Assembly (NCBI RefSeq): GCF_006345805.1
Contig: NC_043000.1
Coordinates: 86,738,001 to 86,802,000, forward strand
Length of the DNA stretch: 64,000 bases
Direction of reading: 5' to 3'
Source: Octopus sinensis
Lineage: Eukaryota
In this document: piece by piece, positions 13,211 through 28,726 of the stretch
How positions within the stretch are numbered: position 1 is the first letter of the stretch
Layout: each line of letters opens with the position of its first letter
Program-made: the position numbers and the translations under genes
Notes under the pieces: generated by a model
Database searches by the model: none
Seen by the model: only the letters and a program-made list of their open reading frames with translations
What the model was told of the DNA's origin: nothing

Positions 13211-13659
13211 TTAATCACACATGTGGTTTATGGGACCATAAACAGCAATTGTTTAATATTTATCCAGTTAATGTGTACTGTTTGTCAAATGAGATAAAAT
13301 TTTTATTGTTGGAAATAGAAAAGAAAGAAATGAATGGAGGTTCTTATTGGTTATAATTGCTGTCAGGGAAAAAAAAAACTGTTTCGTAGTTGAGTAAATA
13401 TATTTTTTTTTAATTGTTGACTTCCTGCCCATTAAACACACAGACACATGCACTTACATACACACACATACACACTCTTTCTCTCCCTAAATAATTCTGA
13501 GCTTACCCCCATCTTTTTTTTTCACTCATTTAGAACAAAAATATGTTTTTGTTTATAACAATTTAAGTGCTTTACATTTTAACACATTCAAATAATGTTT
13601 TTTTTTTTTATTTTTAAGAACCTTTTTATTTTGTCTAAGTTGAAAATTTATACATTTTT

Positions 13660-13665
13660 AATAAA
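13660..13665 (+). terminator. Candidate polyadenylation signal after exon A
   Basis: AATAAA about 450 nt after the stop, with U/GU-rich sequence downstream; another at 14987-14992. The hexamer is common in AT-rich DNA. Confidence 0.3.
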
Positions 13666-15766
13666 ATTTCGATGGAAATAACAAGCAACTTTCTGCTGTT
13701 TCAGTGTACTTTTCTATTTACTTGTGTGTCAACATGACCACACAGCACGCATACACATGCACACACACAAATACACACACACAACACACACACATGCATG
13801 CATGCAGTAACACATTTTTGTGACACACCTCATTTTCTTCCCCCATAATGCTGACTGACAATTACTTTTAAATTTATTTTTAATAATTCATTTTACTCTA
13901 ACAGTTCCTTTCTGTCAGCTCTTTTGGGCTTAATGTATTTGAATGCTTTAGCCAAAGTAAAGAATTCCCTTCTTTTCTTTCTACCAACAGAATTACTCAT
14001 CTTTTTATAAGAACGCATGTTTGAATTCTTGTATTACATACAAGAAAATAATTTTTGGAAGATGATGTGAATATATTGTTATTTTCTAACTATGGTAATA
14101 AGGTTTCATTACCAGAACTTTATAACAAATTTTATCTCCTTATAACCTGGGAAGAGTTCAGCAAGTATTTCATAACAATCTGATACGCCTTTGTTTGTTA
14201 TTTTTTTGTTGAAGTCTTGCAAATTAAGAAGGATTGTACCATATTTTTATGTTATACTTGTATTTATCACTGACTAAATATAATGTCAAGTCTGTGAATA
14301 TTGACAGTGTGATGTGCTATAAGCCACTTTGAGTTTTAGACTACAGTTGGTTGTATTTTTTGAAGTGTTTCAAGCTGTGAATTTAGACAAAACATCAATC
14401 AACTACATTTCTTTCCAATTTACAGTGGCACTTCAATTTTCTCAACTCTTAGTACATTGCCAGCAAAAATATTGATGGAAATGAAATTCTGTTAGGTCTT
14501 GCTATTGCAAGAGAACTCAGTTATGTTCAGTGTGCTTTTTTTTTAAAAAAAAATTATTGAAAAAAGTATGAAAGTGATATTAATCATCTTTTTGTTTGTA
14601 GGTCAAGTAGAAATTTCCATGACAGTGTTTCTGGTAAAGGCATTGACACTAGTTGTTGAGCTAGGACAAACTCAATCAAATTGCTCCAAACATATTCAAA
14701 GGTGCTCTATATAGAATTTGTAGATCATACTCAAATGATCATTCCATGTTATTTACTTTTATAACCAAAAAGTATTCATGGTGGAAAAGACAAAAAAATA
14801 ACAAAAAAAAAGAAAGAAAAAGATAACTGCCTTAAGAATGACTGTTGTTCTCTCCAGTGATGCGTGTGGCTTCTTTATGCAAATGAATTACATACAATGG
14901 TTCATAGCAATCTTCTTTGTTTTGACTTCATTTTACCCTTTGCCTGTATATCAAACTGTGTATGTATGTGTGTATGTTTGTAAGTGAATAAACATGGCTA
15001 TTTACAAACATCCAAAATACTATTTTTAACCCATTTAGTGTTGTAGAAAAAATAGTTTGTTTCTACACTTTATGCATTGTTCTAAAATTGTTGACTTCTG
15101 ACAGTTTCTTTTTTAACAATTAATTGCTCCCTATTTGTACATTGTATTTGTTTTTAAAGTTTGGATTAGAAAAGCATTTATAGTATGTGTAAACTGTTTT
15201 AATAGAAATCTTTTTTTCTTTTTTATGATGAATCCCATTTTGTTTCTTTCTATTTCAATAGGTATATTTTCAATAATTTTAAACCACTTAGTATTTAAGC
15301 TATATCACAATGAAAGTTCAGTTTTTTGTCCAGTTGCCATCATTAGTATTGTTTTAGATGTAAATGTTGATTAAAGTCAGTTGTGTGAGTTAACATATAC
15401 TAGGATTGAGGTGAATTTTATCAATTTAGATAGTTCTTCACTCATTTTATTGATAAAGGTTAGGCCAGTGATCTTCATTAGTTTATAAGTTCTCTGGTAA
15501 TGTAATCTGTTACCAATGGATCAAAGGCACTAAGGAAAACATTGAATTTATGAAATCATATCTAGTGATGCATACTACTGGAAGTAACTGAACTCAGCAC
15601 TGACATATTTTACTGTAGCGATACTCTATACTCCTGTGTTGTACTTATTCACAGATAGATATTAGAAGTGTCATGGCTTTGAAGATATTTTAGTGCTCAG
15701 GAAACCACCAAACTTTCAGATGGTAAAATAGCACACTATCTACTTAATCGTTTGTAACTCTCATTA

Positions 15767-15802
<36 letters not shown>

Positions 15803-16551
15803 ATGTATGTAGTATCGATAAACTGTTATATAGAGTTTTTACCATCTACTTTCCAGAATTTTCACTAATTTGGATAGGTTAATAAAACAAATTTTCGTTT
15901 TTTAAAGATTTCAATTATATACTACTTTCCATTCATAATATTAATTATGATTATTGGATATAATTTTAAAAATTAAGTTTCGATTAAAATTACATCTTTC
16001 ATGAAACCTAAACAGGATTACATCAAATGTTTTAAAGACATTAATCACTTCAATTCCCAAACTATTTTCAGAGTTATTTGCTACAAATAGCTAACCTGTT
16101 AAATTGTAAGAAATATATCAAATCTGATCTATTTTGAATAATTTAATGCCACCAGAGTAATTCATTTTACTGATTTCTGTGATAATAGTTGTGGATGTTG
16201 TTCAAAATGTTTCACTAAGTTGAAGTTTGTTTTATATATATATATATATATTTATGATATCTACTCAGGGTTTCTTTTTTTTTTTAGATTAATTTTCTTT
16301 TCTTTTTTTTTTGCATTTTGTTGTTTACTTTGTAAAATTTCATAAATTTAAGATATTTTGTTTCATAATCCATTACATAATGCCTCAAAATAAGATATTT
16401 TTTCAACGTCTACAGTTAATGGTTTCATTCTTGAATAATTAGCTTTCTTTACAAGAGACTTCTTTTGTTAATCAATACTTAAATGTATTGTGTTTCTAAA
16501 ATGTTGGTATTGTTAAAGTTATATTTTCTAAGTATTGTATGTATATGTATA

Positions 16552-16608
<57 letters not shown>

Positions 16609-18169
16609 CTAAATATTTGTTTTAGTTTACTTGTGTTGTCTATTTTTATACATATCATTTTTGAATATGTAAATTTTAAAAAATTGTCAGGGAAGAATTC
16701 TAAAAGGAATCTGGTAATAGTCAGTAAATGAAATACATGTCTAAATTTTCAGAACTGAGTATATTGGATTAGTTCAAAACATCATTTATAACATATTCTC
16801 TCTTTCTCTCTCTCTCACACACACATATATACACACACCAGATTCATTTTAATTATAGAGTTAAATATACTTCATAATATATTTGATAAATTTTGAAGCA
16901 TAAATTGTAAGCAAATTTTCCTTAATATAACAACAGTTATTACTACTACTACTAATAATGTAGAAAATTATTTAAATATCTAGAATTTTATTTTCCTAAA
17001 GGGAATTTTTGTAAGAAGTGGTTAAGGAAGATCCAAAATGAAATTGTGTTGTATTTATTGTAAATTTTTGCAATTCAGATGATAATTTCAATATTTACTT
17101 AGTTTTCTTGACTGAAGTGTGCCATAATAATTATACTTGAAATGTGTAATAGGTTTGTCCTTTCTTACGTTACCATAAAGAGTCAAGAACAAACCATTTA
17201 TTTTGTTACTTTTTCAAATTATCATGTTTTGTGGGCCTAATTTCTTTAACCGATATTTTGTTTCAAGTGAATTATGTCTCCTGTTGTTAACTATATCTCC
17301 TCTTGTTAATTCTCTAGATGCCCTATGGTTATTTTTTCTAATGTGATTATCTGTTTACTCCATTTTAATTGTTAGATGGTTTCTTTGTTTTCTTCATCTG
17401 CATTTGAATTAGTGTTTGTTAGAAGAAAGTTAGAAGAGAATAAGTTTACAAATGTAGTTGTGTTCATATTATAAGGATGAAATGTGATATGGCTAAACTT
17501 GAAGTAAATCTGATTTTTAGTATACAGTATTTGATACAGATTTGGTAATGGATTCTTCTTTATGGGCCTGATTTTATCATTGGTTTATTTTTCTTTGCCA
17601 TTTTGTCTTTATGTGCCACATTCTTTACAATTATGAAGTCACAAAGCATAGAATGCCTGAAGAGATTGAAGGACATGCAAATGAGAATGTGCAGAGAGAA
17701 AAAATACAAGGAGAAATAACAACAAATAAAAAAAATGAATAATACTAATTGGTAAACTAAATATGGGATAGATTGTCCAAATTCTAAATAAGTATGAAAC
17801 CTTGTGGTAAGAATAATCTTGATTTCATGTTTGCAGTTTCCTATGAATTAATAAAAAAAAATGCCTATTTTATAGATTAAAATTCAAATATACTGGATTC
17901 TGCATGTGCAACATTAAATTTGTGTTTTGTTTTGTTTGAGAGTGTGTGCATGCGACTATACATTGCATGGATGTATGCACACATGCAATATATATGAAAT
18001 GTATGCATGTACGTGGGGCATATATGTGTGTGTGTGTATGTATGTAGGTATATATGTGTGTATGTATACATATGTATGTAAGTGTGTGTATATATGTATG
18101 TATATGTGTGTGTATATATCTTTATATATACACACACATATATGCATGTTTGTGTGTACATGCCAATTT

Positions 18170-18960
18170 ACCTTATATTGCTATTTACACAGCTGTCTTT
18201 GTTTTTCTGTTGCCTTCTTCTGTTCATTTGTGCTGTACATTGCTTCAAACTGGAACAGGCCTTCTTCATAAAGACACACCAGTCTTTTCCCTCCTACACA
18301 GAAGATTCTAGATATGACAGGGATATCAAAACTCCTGTGATTGCCTTTGATACAGTCCTTGTATCACAGTTGAGCATTCTTTTCGTTTGTTTTTCCATCA
18401 AATGCCCTCTGACGTTTGCTGGTATGCCATGCAAAAGCTGTCCATCTGATTGATGTTGCCCGTCCTGCATAACATATTAAGATCTTGATGCTGAGAAGGT
18501 CTACTCCATCTAAGCTTCTAACCCTTTCGATCTAGTTGTTTCCTGTTCCATATCCTGATCCTACAACTACATAGAAGTCTTGTAAGAATGTCTCCTTTGC
18601 CTATATTGATTTTTGTAGAAGACTGGGTGTTTGGCAGTTTCTCATTCAAGAATATTAGCAACCTATTGAGGAATTGCAGTAATTATTTCCTTGTCAAGAG
18701 AAACAGTTGATGGTTCAGCTCAGTGTCATTCACAACAAATATCAAGAGAACCATTGATGAATCTGGTGTTGGCCAATGTGGATCAGTGACATGGCAAGCT
18801 TTGAAGAATTTTTCAGCAGTCATTTGGAGATATAATTCTCTTGTAACCACAGTCTTCAGCAAATGATGCACCTTAGACCAGTTTCTTAAGTGCCCATCCT
18901 GAAACCATTGACAGAGATTGAATAAAGAGCCACCAGTTACTACCTTGTTTGTTCTTCAGT
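18170..18960 (-). mobile_element. Decayed RTE (BovB-like) LINE RT fragment
   Basis: Minus-strand remnants VVTRELY, EKFFKACH, IFVVNDTELN and KLRWS fall in the order expected for an RTE RT C-terminal half; heavily degenerate. Confidence 0.45.
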
Positions 18961-20717
18961 CAAGGTCACACAGATTCATGTAAAGAGCCTGGTTAAAATA
19001 GAACTAAACACTGACACAGCTATTTTAGAAACCACATAAGTGATAGTTGTTTAACTAAGGTTATCTCTCCTTTTTGTTTTCTTTTTGGTGAGTTGAGACA
19101 TGTAGGACTGTATCTAATGATGTGACAAGTTCTTGATAAGACAGTTTGATTTCAGGGAGAGTAGGCTGTTATTTCTATCTGGTCGAGTGGCCAGATAGAG
19201 GCTCATTTACACAAGTGGTTAAATGGTATAGTGGTGAGACTGGAACAAACTAAAGCATTATAGATAGTACTGATGATCCTGACAAATCTGGATTGGCTAA
19301 GCTTTATAGCAATGTTATGTTCCAAGTTAATACGGTGTTGACTGTATCAGGTTAATGATGGTAGTATTGAAATCTAAGCATTTCCTAGTACAATTTTCTT
19401 GAGTTTGTCTCACCATTTAAAGTTTTACACCCTAACCAAAAACCATACTAAATGTGTAACAATATGTTTTGGGGATGAGAAAGAATCATGCAAGAGTAAT
19501 GTTTGGATTTTGAAAAAAAGAGAGAAAAATAATGAGAACACTGATGGATGAACATTCTGAATGAACATTCTGAAGAATCAGTATTTGTATCTCATTCCTA
19601 TCTCTGCCATTACAAGACACATGACAGTCTTAATGTCTAATTCCACCTTGCTCTAAACTACGTATTCCATGTAATGCAATTCATTGCAATAAACAGTGGA
19701 AGCACTGTCAGATTGGTAAATGTTTCTTTGATTTGCAATGTCATATTTAGACTCTACTCTAGGAAAAGTTAAGATAGATGAGCAAGAAGGTATTTATCCA
19801 TTTCCTGCCTAAATGCTATTGAAAACCAGCGATACACATCAGATTATTCTTTGTGAATGCTGTTTAGATTGCATGAAGAAAATTATGTAAAAACCTCTTT
19901 GCCAGCAGCAGTAAGCTAGGTCTTCTCTTTTGCATTCCAATGTGTCCTTTTTACTTCACAAGTATTACTGAACCAGCTTTGTTATGCTTGGTTTCCTTCT
20001 ATCATACTGCCAGACAATCCACCTGATATATTAATCAGATCTTATGTCAATGAGGGTTTCAGAGTCATTCATTATGCTCACCATTGCTAGAACCATTAGC
20101 CGTGCAAAACAAAGTAATGCATGAAAGATGGGAACCACTCTTGAATATACTGAAAATGGCAAGGTGAGTCACTCAGTAACATTATAATTTACAAATAGAT
20201 GCATTTTTGTGGTGGTCTTATACCTTTTAGGGTTTTACAAGAAATATGTTCGATAAATGTTTTTATTTTAGCATTGTATTATTGGTTGGCTCTGCAGGAA
20301 TGGTCTGTGCTCATGACCTTCACACACTCTTGAGACTGGTGAGATTAATTCCATTAGTATTCCACTTAAACAGTTGCAAGCTAAAGGCCATAGGAAAATC
20401 CTGTGCAAAAAGCAAAATTAAGAAGTTTCAGTGTTCCAGGAAGAAAGTACTTGATGCAATGATTATTACAGGACTTGGGAGTGGATGCAGTATGAAGGAC
20501 AAAATGAGGGGAGACAAGTTGGAAATGCTTGAATGGATATAACATGAGAACCAACCAGTTCTAAGAAACAGAAGTCATTAGTGTACCAGGGAAAAAAACA
20601 AAGAGGACACAGTATGGTCAAGTGTCTTTGTGAGTGACTTTATAGCAATCAGTCAGGTTGGGTTTTGTTTGGATAAAACTGCAATTTACAGACATATACC
20701 ATACATGACATATATTA

Positions 20718-20890
20718 ATAATCATTTTAATGTCCAGTTTTCTATACTTGCATGGGTTGGACAGACTTTATTGAGGCAGATTTTCTATAGCTGGATGCCT
20801 TTCCTGTTGCCAACCCTCACCAGTTTCCAAGCAAGGTAATATTTTCCCATAGCCAGATATGTTTTTTGCAGAATATTGGAAATGAATGAC
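20718..20890 (-). mobile_element. SINE/LINE 3' tail family (GGATGCCCTTCC...GCCAACC), ending in (GAT)n
   Basis: The same motif recurs near 780-950, 11225-11345, 21690-21750, 23020-23100, 23955-24030, 42900-43070, 50520-50710 and 63640-63800. Confidence 0.7.
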
Positions 20891-20968
20891 ACTGTTTGTA
20901 TCACAGTGACACCCATTTACAACTACTATATAATGTCAAGGCACCAACATACACACTCATATGTACAT

Positions 20969-21010
<42 letters not shown>

Positions 21011-21017
21011 TTAGAGA

Positions 21018-21165
21018 GAGCTTCTTTCAGTTTCCATCTACAAAATACACTCACAAGACTTTGTTAGTCAGGAGCTATAGTAGAAGACACTTACACAAGG
21101 TGTTATATCATAAGACTGAGCCCAAAGCCATGTGGTTGGGAAGCATACTTCTTAATCACACAATC
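21018..21165 (-). mobile_element. SINE 5' half, reverse orientation (49509 family)
   Basis: GCTTCTTTCAGTTTCCATCTAC...TATAGTAGAAGACACTT...CCATGTGGTTGGGAAGC. Confidence 0.8.
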
Positions 21166-21176
21166 ACACCTTCATC

Positions 21177-21217
<41 letters not shown>

Positions 21218-23555
21218 CCAGTGCTCCAGCATGGCCACAGTCAAATGACTGAAACAAGTAAAATAAAAAAAGAATATATATGGTATATACAGAGATAATG
21301 TTAAATAGTTAGTAAGTTAGTAGTAATCTTTCTATGTATAAGACAAACTGAAATACAAACACATCCTTGATGGTATTGAACAACAAACCTTTTATGAAAC
21401 TATTCTCTCAGTAGGTTGAGTAATGTGAAAAAAAGTTTCAGTATGCAATTGTAATACTAATCAAGTGCTAATACCCTAAAATTTTACCATACATAATCAA
21501 ATAATCCACAATGCTTGTAACAGAAAATTATGGAACACTTTAATAACTTTATGTAATGAAACAAAGAAACGTGTGTGTGTCAGATTGTCATCAATTACCA
21601 TCTGCTCTCCATACTGACATAAGCGGGATTGTTCAAGATCTGACAAATCACAAAGCTGCATGAAGCTCCAATGTGTATCTTAGCATGATTTCTGTGGCTA
21701 GATGCCCTTCCTAATACCAACCACTTTACAGTGTGTACTGGGTGTTTCTTTTTTCATGGTACCATCATTAGTGAGCTTATCTCACAGTGTGCAAAACTGA
21801 TGGAACTAGAGGAGCCCCTGTAACTGAAGGATAATAGGAGAGAATGTGTGATGATTTTAGGCAAAGTAATGCAAGATAAGATATAAGGAGAGGAACAGTT
21901 AATTATGAGAGGCTGGTAGCAGAGAGAGTAATAGAATAGATATTTTGGGAAGGTGTGTGGAAAACACAAGAGAAAGAAAGAAATTACTCAGTAGTTAGTG
22001 ATAGAGGAAAAGAGGAGTAGACTGTAAAGTGAAGGGAATCCAAGGGTATTCCACATTATATAGACAAGTATGGACAGATGATGTGAGGAGAAAGAAACAT
22101 GAAAAATGAGTGTGGTAAGGATCCAGATAAAGTTATTGAATAAAAAAGGTGAGGGGTTGAGAGGTAGGCCAAAGGGAGATAAGAGAATATTGAGGTAGCA
22201 GAGTGGTTGTGGCAGAGGACAATGAAAGAAAGAGGAGAGATAGAAAAAGTGTGATAGATGGCAATGAGTAAGTGAGCATCCCAGGTGGTAAGGTAAGAGA
22301 TATGAATGATAGGGTAATGCTTGAAGTGAGTCAGGAGATAGATTTAAGAACAGATAGTTATGAGGATGGACCAATACAGTCACTCACACATGATGGGGAT
22401 GGTATGTGAAGCAGCCATACATAGTCTGTGCACTTCAAAAGTAGTAGAGAGATAAGAGATGAAGAGATTTGAGTGATCAACAAGATGAGGGGTGCATCAA
22501 ATATAAACCTCACAGAATGCAAATGTATATATATATATATATATATAACACACAAACACTTGCATACAGAGATCACAGCCTCTATCATTATCATCTTTTC
22601 AATGCACATATTGTCACAAGTAGTCAGATCTCCTGCAGCACTGTGTATCACCAATCAATACACTCTTTTGTGATTTCCTCTGTGAGGTAGCATCTTCAAG
22701 TCAGTCTTCTTTCTTATACACTACATCCGATCCTCTTATATCCAGGTTTTCTCTCAGTTCATTTGTACTCTGTCTTTCATACTCACTAACATTAGACATC
22801 CATTGGAGCATGCTTGCTTCATCACTTTCTCTCCTTGACTAAATAAATTCACACACATGCACCTGTATATCTATGAATGCATATATGTGTATGTGTACAT
22901 ATTTATACACACACACACACAGATAGACGGATATGCATTTATATATGAGTGGGTGAGTGTATGCATAGTTCGTTGATATCCAATGGGTCCAAGGACAGCA
23001 TTGTGATTAAAGATCTGCTTTGGCATGTTTTCTATGACTGGATGCCCTTCCTAATACCCACCACAGTGGGTGCTTTTCCTGTGGTACTGGCACTAGTGAT
23101 GTTGCTGTGTAACTCACAAGATAAAAATCCCATTCAACTGAATGTTGATGCAGAAGTGGGAGGCAGATATATGTAAGGTGATGAAAGATTAAAGTATAAA
23201 CATGGGATTGGAACAGGTCTCTTGGTGTATATAAGATATGTGGCTGTTTGTATACAAGTGTGGATGGGAGTAGATAGTGTGGAGTTAAAATGCGAGATGA
23301 AAAAGGTAGTAAAAAGGTATTAGGGTGGGCCCTAGGGTTAGAAAAAGAAGTGAAAGTATGAATGGGTGCCACACAATAGAACTGAACCTAGAACCATATG
23401 GGTGGGAAGCAAACGTTTTACCACATACCTATGCCTCTGTGTGTGCATCTATATATATATATATATAATGATATAGATGCATATGTTTTATATGTGCATA
23501 AATGTGTGTGTATACATATATATATAATACACACACACATACATATCTGATTATA

Positions 23556-23631
<76 letters not shown>

Positions 23632-25329
23632 TATAACATATGTATATGTACATACTTACATATGCATATGGGAAACAAAATACAAATACATGGAATATGA
23701 ACTGTTTTCTGCGAACAATGAAGGAAATGGATGGAAAACAAAACGTACAGCATAAAGAACGACCCTTTATCAGTTGTTGGCTGTTTTTCTAATCCGTATT
23801 TTGAGCATTTCATGACTGTATGTGTATAAGCCCTTAAAAAAATGTTTCAGCCCGAAGGCTGCGACCATGCTGGTGCACCACCACTATTTATGTTTGTGCA
23901 TGTATGTATATACATATATATATGTATACATGCATATTTATGTGTGTATCGTCACACTTTAACATACAGCTTCTCTGCTGGCATGGTTTCTATGGCTGGA
24001 TGCCCTTCTTAATGCCAACCTCTTTACAGTATACACATATGTATACATGCATGCATGCATGTATGTATGTATGTATGTATGTATAATGGAATGAGATGTA
24101 GTTTACACGAACGGAGACCTTGTCATTATGGACATACAATGCAGATAACAGTACTAATGGAAGAGAAAGTCTGTGGAAGTGGAAGACTTTGAAAGACATG
24201 GGTTGAAATGGTGAAAACTGATCTCGAGATACTGATGTTCATGAGGGAGTTGTTTAGTAGCTGCAACACTGTATGCTGGAGCACACTCTCTCAAGCTGGG
24301 CTGGAAGAGTGTTAACAAGAGGAGCATTGATAGCTGGGTTACTTTTGCTGTTCTTCCCTTGTCTCCTTTTCACTATCTTCTCTCCTCTCCTCTAAGTCTT
24401 TGCCTGTGATATTTTCACTGCTCTCATTCACTGCCTCCAACCACCACTACATTGTTATCTCACACTCCTCACCATTGGAGACACTTTTTCTGCTGTGACA
24501 TTCCGATCTTCCCCACTTCTTTTATGGTACTCATACTTTCAGCCACTCCCTTTCTACTCTTGCTATACTCACTCACTGCTCTTCCACCCTACTTCTCATT
24601 TTCTATGAGCATCCTCTTTGCACAACTTTTACACTCCTCCACACATTATCTTTCCATATTTGGCCCACCCCTATGATCTCCACATTCTTTGCTTCTTCGG
24701 TGACTCCCTTCAGATCCTTGTCACATCCCTCTATCTCTTTCTTTCATGCTCGCTTTTGCTAAAAGCATTCCTTTCATACTCACCTTTGTAGTGTAGGTTG
24801 GCTGGAAACCCTTACACAACAAAACTTATCACTCTGTCCCTTTCTTTCTCACTAACCACTAACACATATCCTTTCCCTATTTCCTGTTCCTTTAATTCTT
24901 TCTCTCCCAATAGTATCAGCTTTGCAATACTCCCCACTATCACCCTCTCACTACTATCAATATGTTCCTGCCTTCATATTTTATTTTCTCATCCTTGAAT
25001 CTTAAAGTGTGAGAGATACATTGCTGCCTTCTCTCTCCATTATATACAGGAGGGATTAGCTGGAAAGTGTTGGCAAGGTATCAAGGTGCCCTCTTAAGGT
25101 ACATAAAGTTGATTACACAAGACAATACAGACAGAGTACCTTCAGCAGTGGGTAGGCAAATTTGCAAGGGTGTAAATGAGATGAAGGTCAGAGATACTGA
25201 AGGATGGATATAATAAGTGATGAGCAAAGGTGGTAAGGGGGCCGTTTATGGTAGATATTAGAGAGTGTTGAGAATTATGAATGTATGTATAATTATATAT
25301 ACACATATATAGATGTATGTATATCTATG

Positions 25330-25366
<37 letters not shown>

Positions 25367-25508
25367 ATATAGTTGTATATAATATATATATATATGTATG
25401 TATATATATGTATATATATACATATTATATGTATGTATATATATGTATATATATACATATTATATGTATGTATATATATGTATATATATACATATTATAT
25501 GTATGTAT

Positions 25509-25548
<40 letters not shown>

Positions 25549-26162
25549 GTGTATATATATGTGTATATATATGTATGTGTATATATATGTGTATATATAT
25601 GTATGTATATATATATGTATATATATGTATATATATATGTGTATATATATATGTGTATATATATGTATATATATGTATATATATATGTATATACATGTAT
25701 ATGTGTATATATGTATATACATGTATATGTGTATATATGTATATACATGTATATGTGTATATATGTATATATATCTATGTGTATATATGTATATATATCT
25801 ATGTATATACATGTATATATATATATATATGTATATCTATATATATATATATGTATGTATCTTTGTGTATATGTGCGTATATGTATTTACATTTATATAT
25901 GTATGTATGTATATATATATATATTATATATTATGTTTGTGTATATGTGCGTGTATATGTATTTACATTTATATATAATATATATATTATGTATGTTTGT
26001 GTATATGTGCGTGTATATGTATTTACATTTATATATATATGTATATATATATATGATGAGCAAAGGTGGTAAGGGGGCCGTTTATGGTAGATATTTAGAG
26101 GTTGAGAATTATGAATGTATGTATAATTTATATACACATATATAGAGGTATGTATATCTATG

Positions 26163-26193
<31 letters not shown>

Positions 26194-26265
26194 ATATACG
26201 TATATATATATATATGTATATATATATTATGTATATATCTGTATATATATATATATTATATATGT

Positions 26266-26313
<48 letters not shown>

Positions 26314-26314
26314 G

Positions 26315-26411
<97 letters not shown>

Positions 26412-26469
26412 GTATATATATATATATGTATGTATGTATATATATGTAATGTATGTATGTATATATATG

Positions 26470-26502
<33 letters not shown>

Positions 26503-26990
26503 GTATGTATATATATGTATGTATATGTGTATATATATGTATATATATGTGTATATATATGTATGTATATGTGTATATATATGTATGTATATGTGTATAT
26601 ATATGTATGTATATGTGTATATATATGTATGTATATATATATATATATGTATGTATATATATATATATATATGTATGTATATATATGTATATATATGTAT
26701 GTATATATATGTATATATATGTGTATATATATGTATATATATGTGTATATATATGTATGTATATATATGTATATATATGTATGTATATATATATGTGTAT
26801 ATATATATGTGTATGTATATATATGTATATATATATGTCTATACATGTATATGTGTATATATGTATATATATCTGTGTATATATGTATATATCTATGTAT
26901 ATACATGTATATATATATATAGGTATATCTATATATATATATATGTATGTATCTTGTGTATATGTGCGTATAGTATTTACATTTATAATG

Positions 26991-27029
<39 letters not shown>

Positions 27030-27134
27030 ATCTATATTATATATGTATGTATATCTATATATATATATGTATGTATCTTTGTGTATATGTGCGTATATGT
27101 ATTTACATTTATATATATGTATATATATATATAG

Positions 27135-27167
<33 letters not shown>

Positions 27168-28219
27168 GTATGTTTGTGTATATGTGCGTGTATATGTATT
27201 TACATTTGATATATATATGTATATATATATATATATATACATATATACATACATATGTATATATGTGTGTGTCTGTGCATAATTAACATATGTATATCTC
27301 TATCTTGTGTATATTAGACTATATATATGTTATATATACATTGTATATATAAATATATATATGTAATATATATATTATATTATGTATATTATATATTATG
27401 TATATATATATATTATATGTTTATATATTATGTTAGGTATACATATTGTATATGTTATATATATATTATGTATATATATATTGTATATATATATATATAT
27501 TATATATGTTTATATATCATGTTAGGTATACATAATATATATGTTATATATTATATGTATATATTATGTTTATATATTACGTTAGGTATACATATTATAT
27601 GTATATATGTTGTATATATATATTATATATGTTATGTTCTATATATATATATGTTATATATATTATATGTATGTTATGTTATGATATGTTTTATATTATA
27701 TATATATATATATATGGTATAAATATGTGATATATATATATCATATATATATGTTATATGATATATATATATATATATATATATATGGTATAAATATGTG
27801 ATATATACATTTCATATATATATGTTATATGATATATATATATATATAAATGATATATATATGTTATATATGATATATATATATATATGTTATGTATATA
27901 TTTATCATGTACATATATATTATACATATATGTGTATATATATATATATATAATATATACATATATATATGATATATATATAGAACATATGTATACATAT
28001 ATATATATATAATATATATGTGTAAATATATTTGTATATGTATTATATAAATATAACATATATATTCAATTTTGGGCGATTAATCGATATGCGGGTATTT
28101 TATTTCAGATGATACAAACATAACCTAATGCGTATATCTTAGAGTAAACAAATGGTATTAGTTTGCACATCATAAAATAATGCTTAAAGGGATATAACCA
28201 AAATTTCCAGCTGGTATAT

Positions 28220-28319
28220 NNNNNNNNNNNNNNNNNNNNNNNNNNNNNNNNNNNNNNNNNNNNNNNNNNNNNNNNNNNNNNNNNNNNNNNNNNNNNNNNN
28301 NNNNNNNNNNNNNNNNNNN
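28220..28319. other. Assembly gap (100 N)
   Basis: Run of exactly 100 N, the usual placeholder for a gap of unknown size. Confidence 0.99.
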
Positions 28320-28726
28320 ATGTATATAGATATATGTATATATGGCATATATAGACATGTATATAGGCATATTCTCTATGCATATATGTATATATTGCAT
28401 ATAACTGTATATATGCATATATATGTATATATGTATATATGCATATAATGTATATATGCATATATATGTATATATGTATATTATGCATATATATATATAT
28501 ATATGTATAATGCATATATATGTGTATATTGCCTATATATGTATATATGCATATATATATATGTATAATGCATATATATGTATAATGCGTATATATGCAA
28601 TATATAGTATATATGCAATATATGTATATATATTATATGTGTGTATATATATATATATATATGCATATATATGTATATATATATATGTGTGTGTATATAT
28701 ATATATATATTCACATATACATATTT

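Noticed and set aside
13795-13804. Overlapping TGCATG (Rbfox-type) motifs after exon A
   Set aside because: They are embedded in a CA-repeat where such hexamers arise readily, and similar ones occur throughout the window.
20091-20163. Possible exon ending in a strong AAG|GTGAGT donor
   Set aside because: Poor acceptor, frame-shifting length and an unrecognisable peptide.
21780-25020. Purine- or pyrimidine-skewed blocks with 70-130 aa Leu/Ser/His-rich ORFs
   Set aside because: Low-complexity repeat-associated sequence with no splice signals or recognisable domain.
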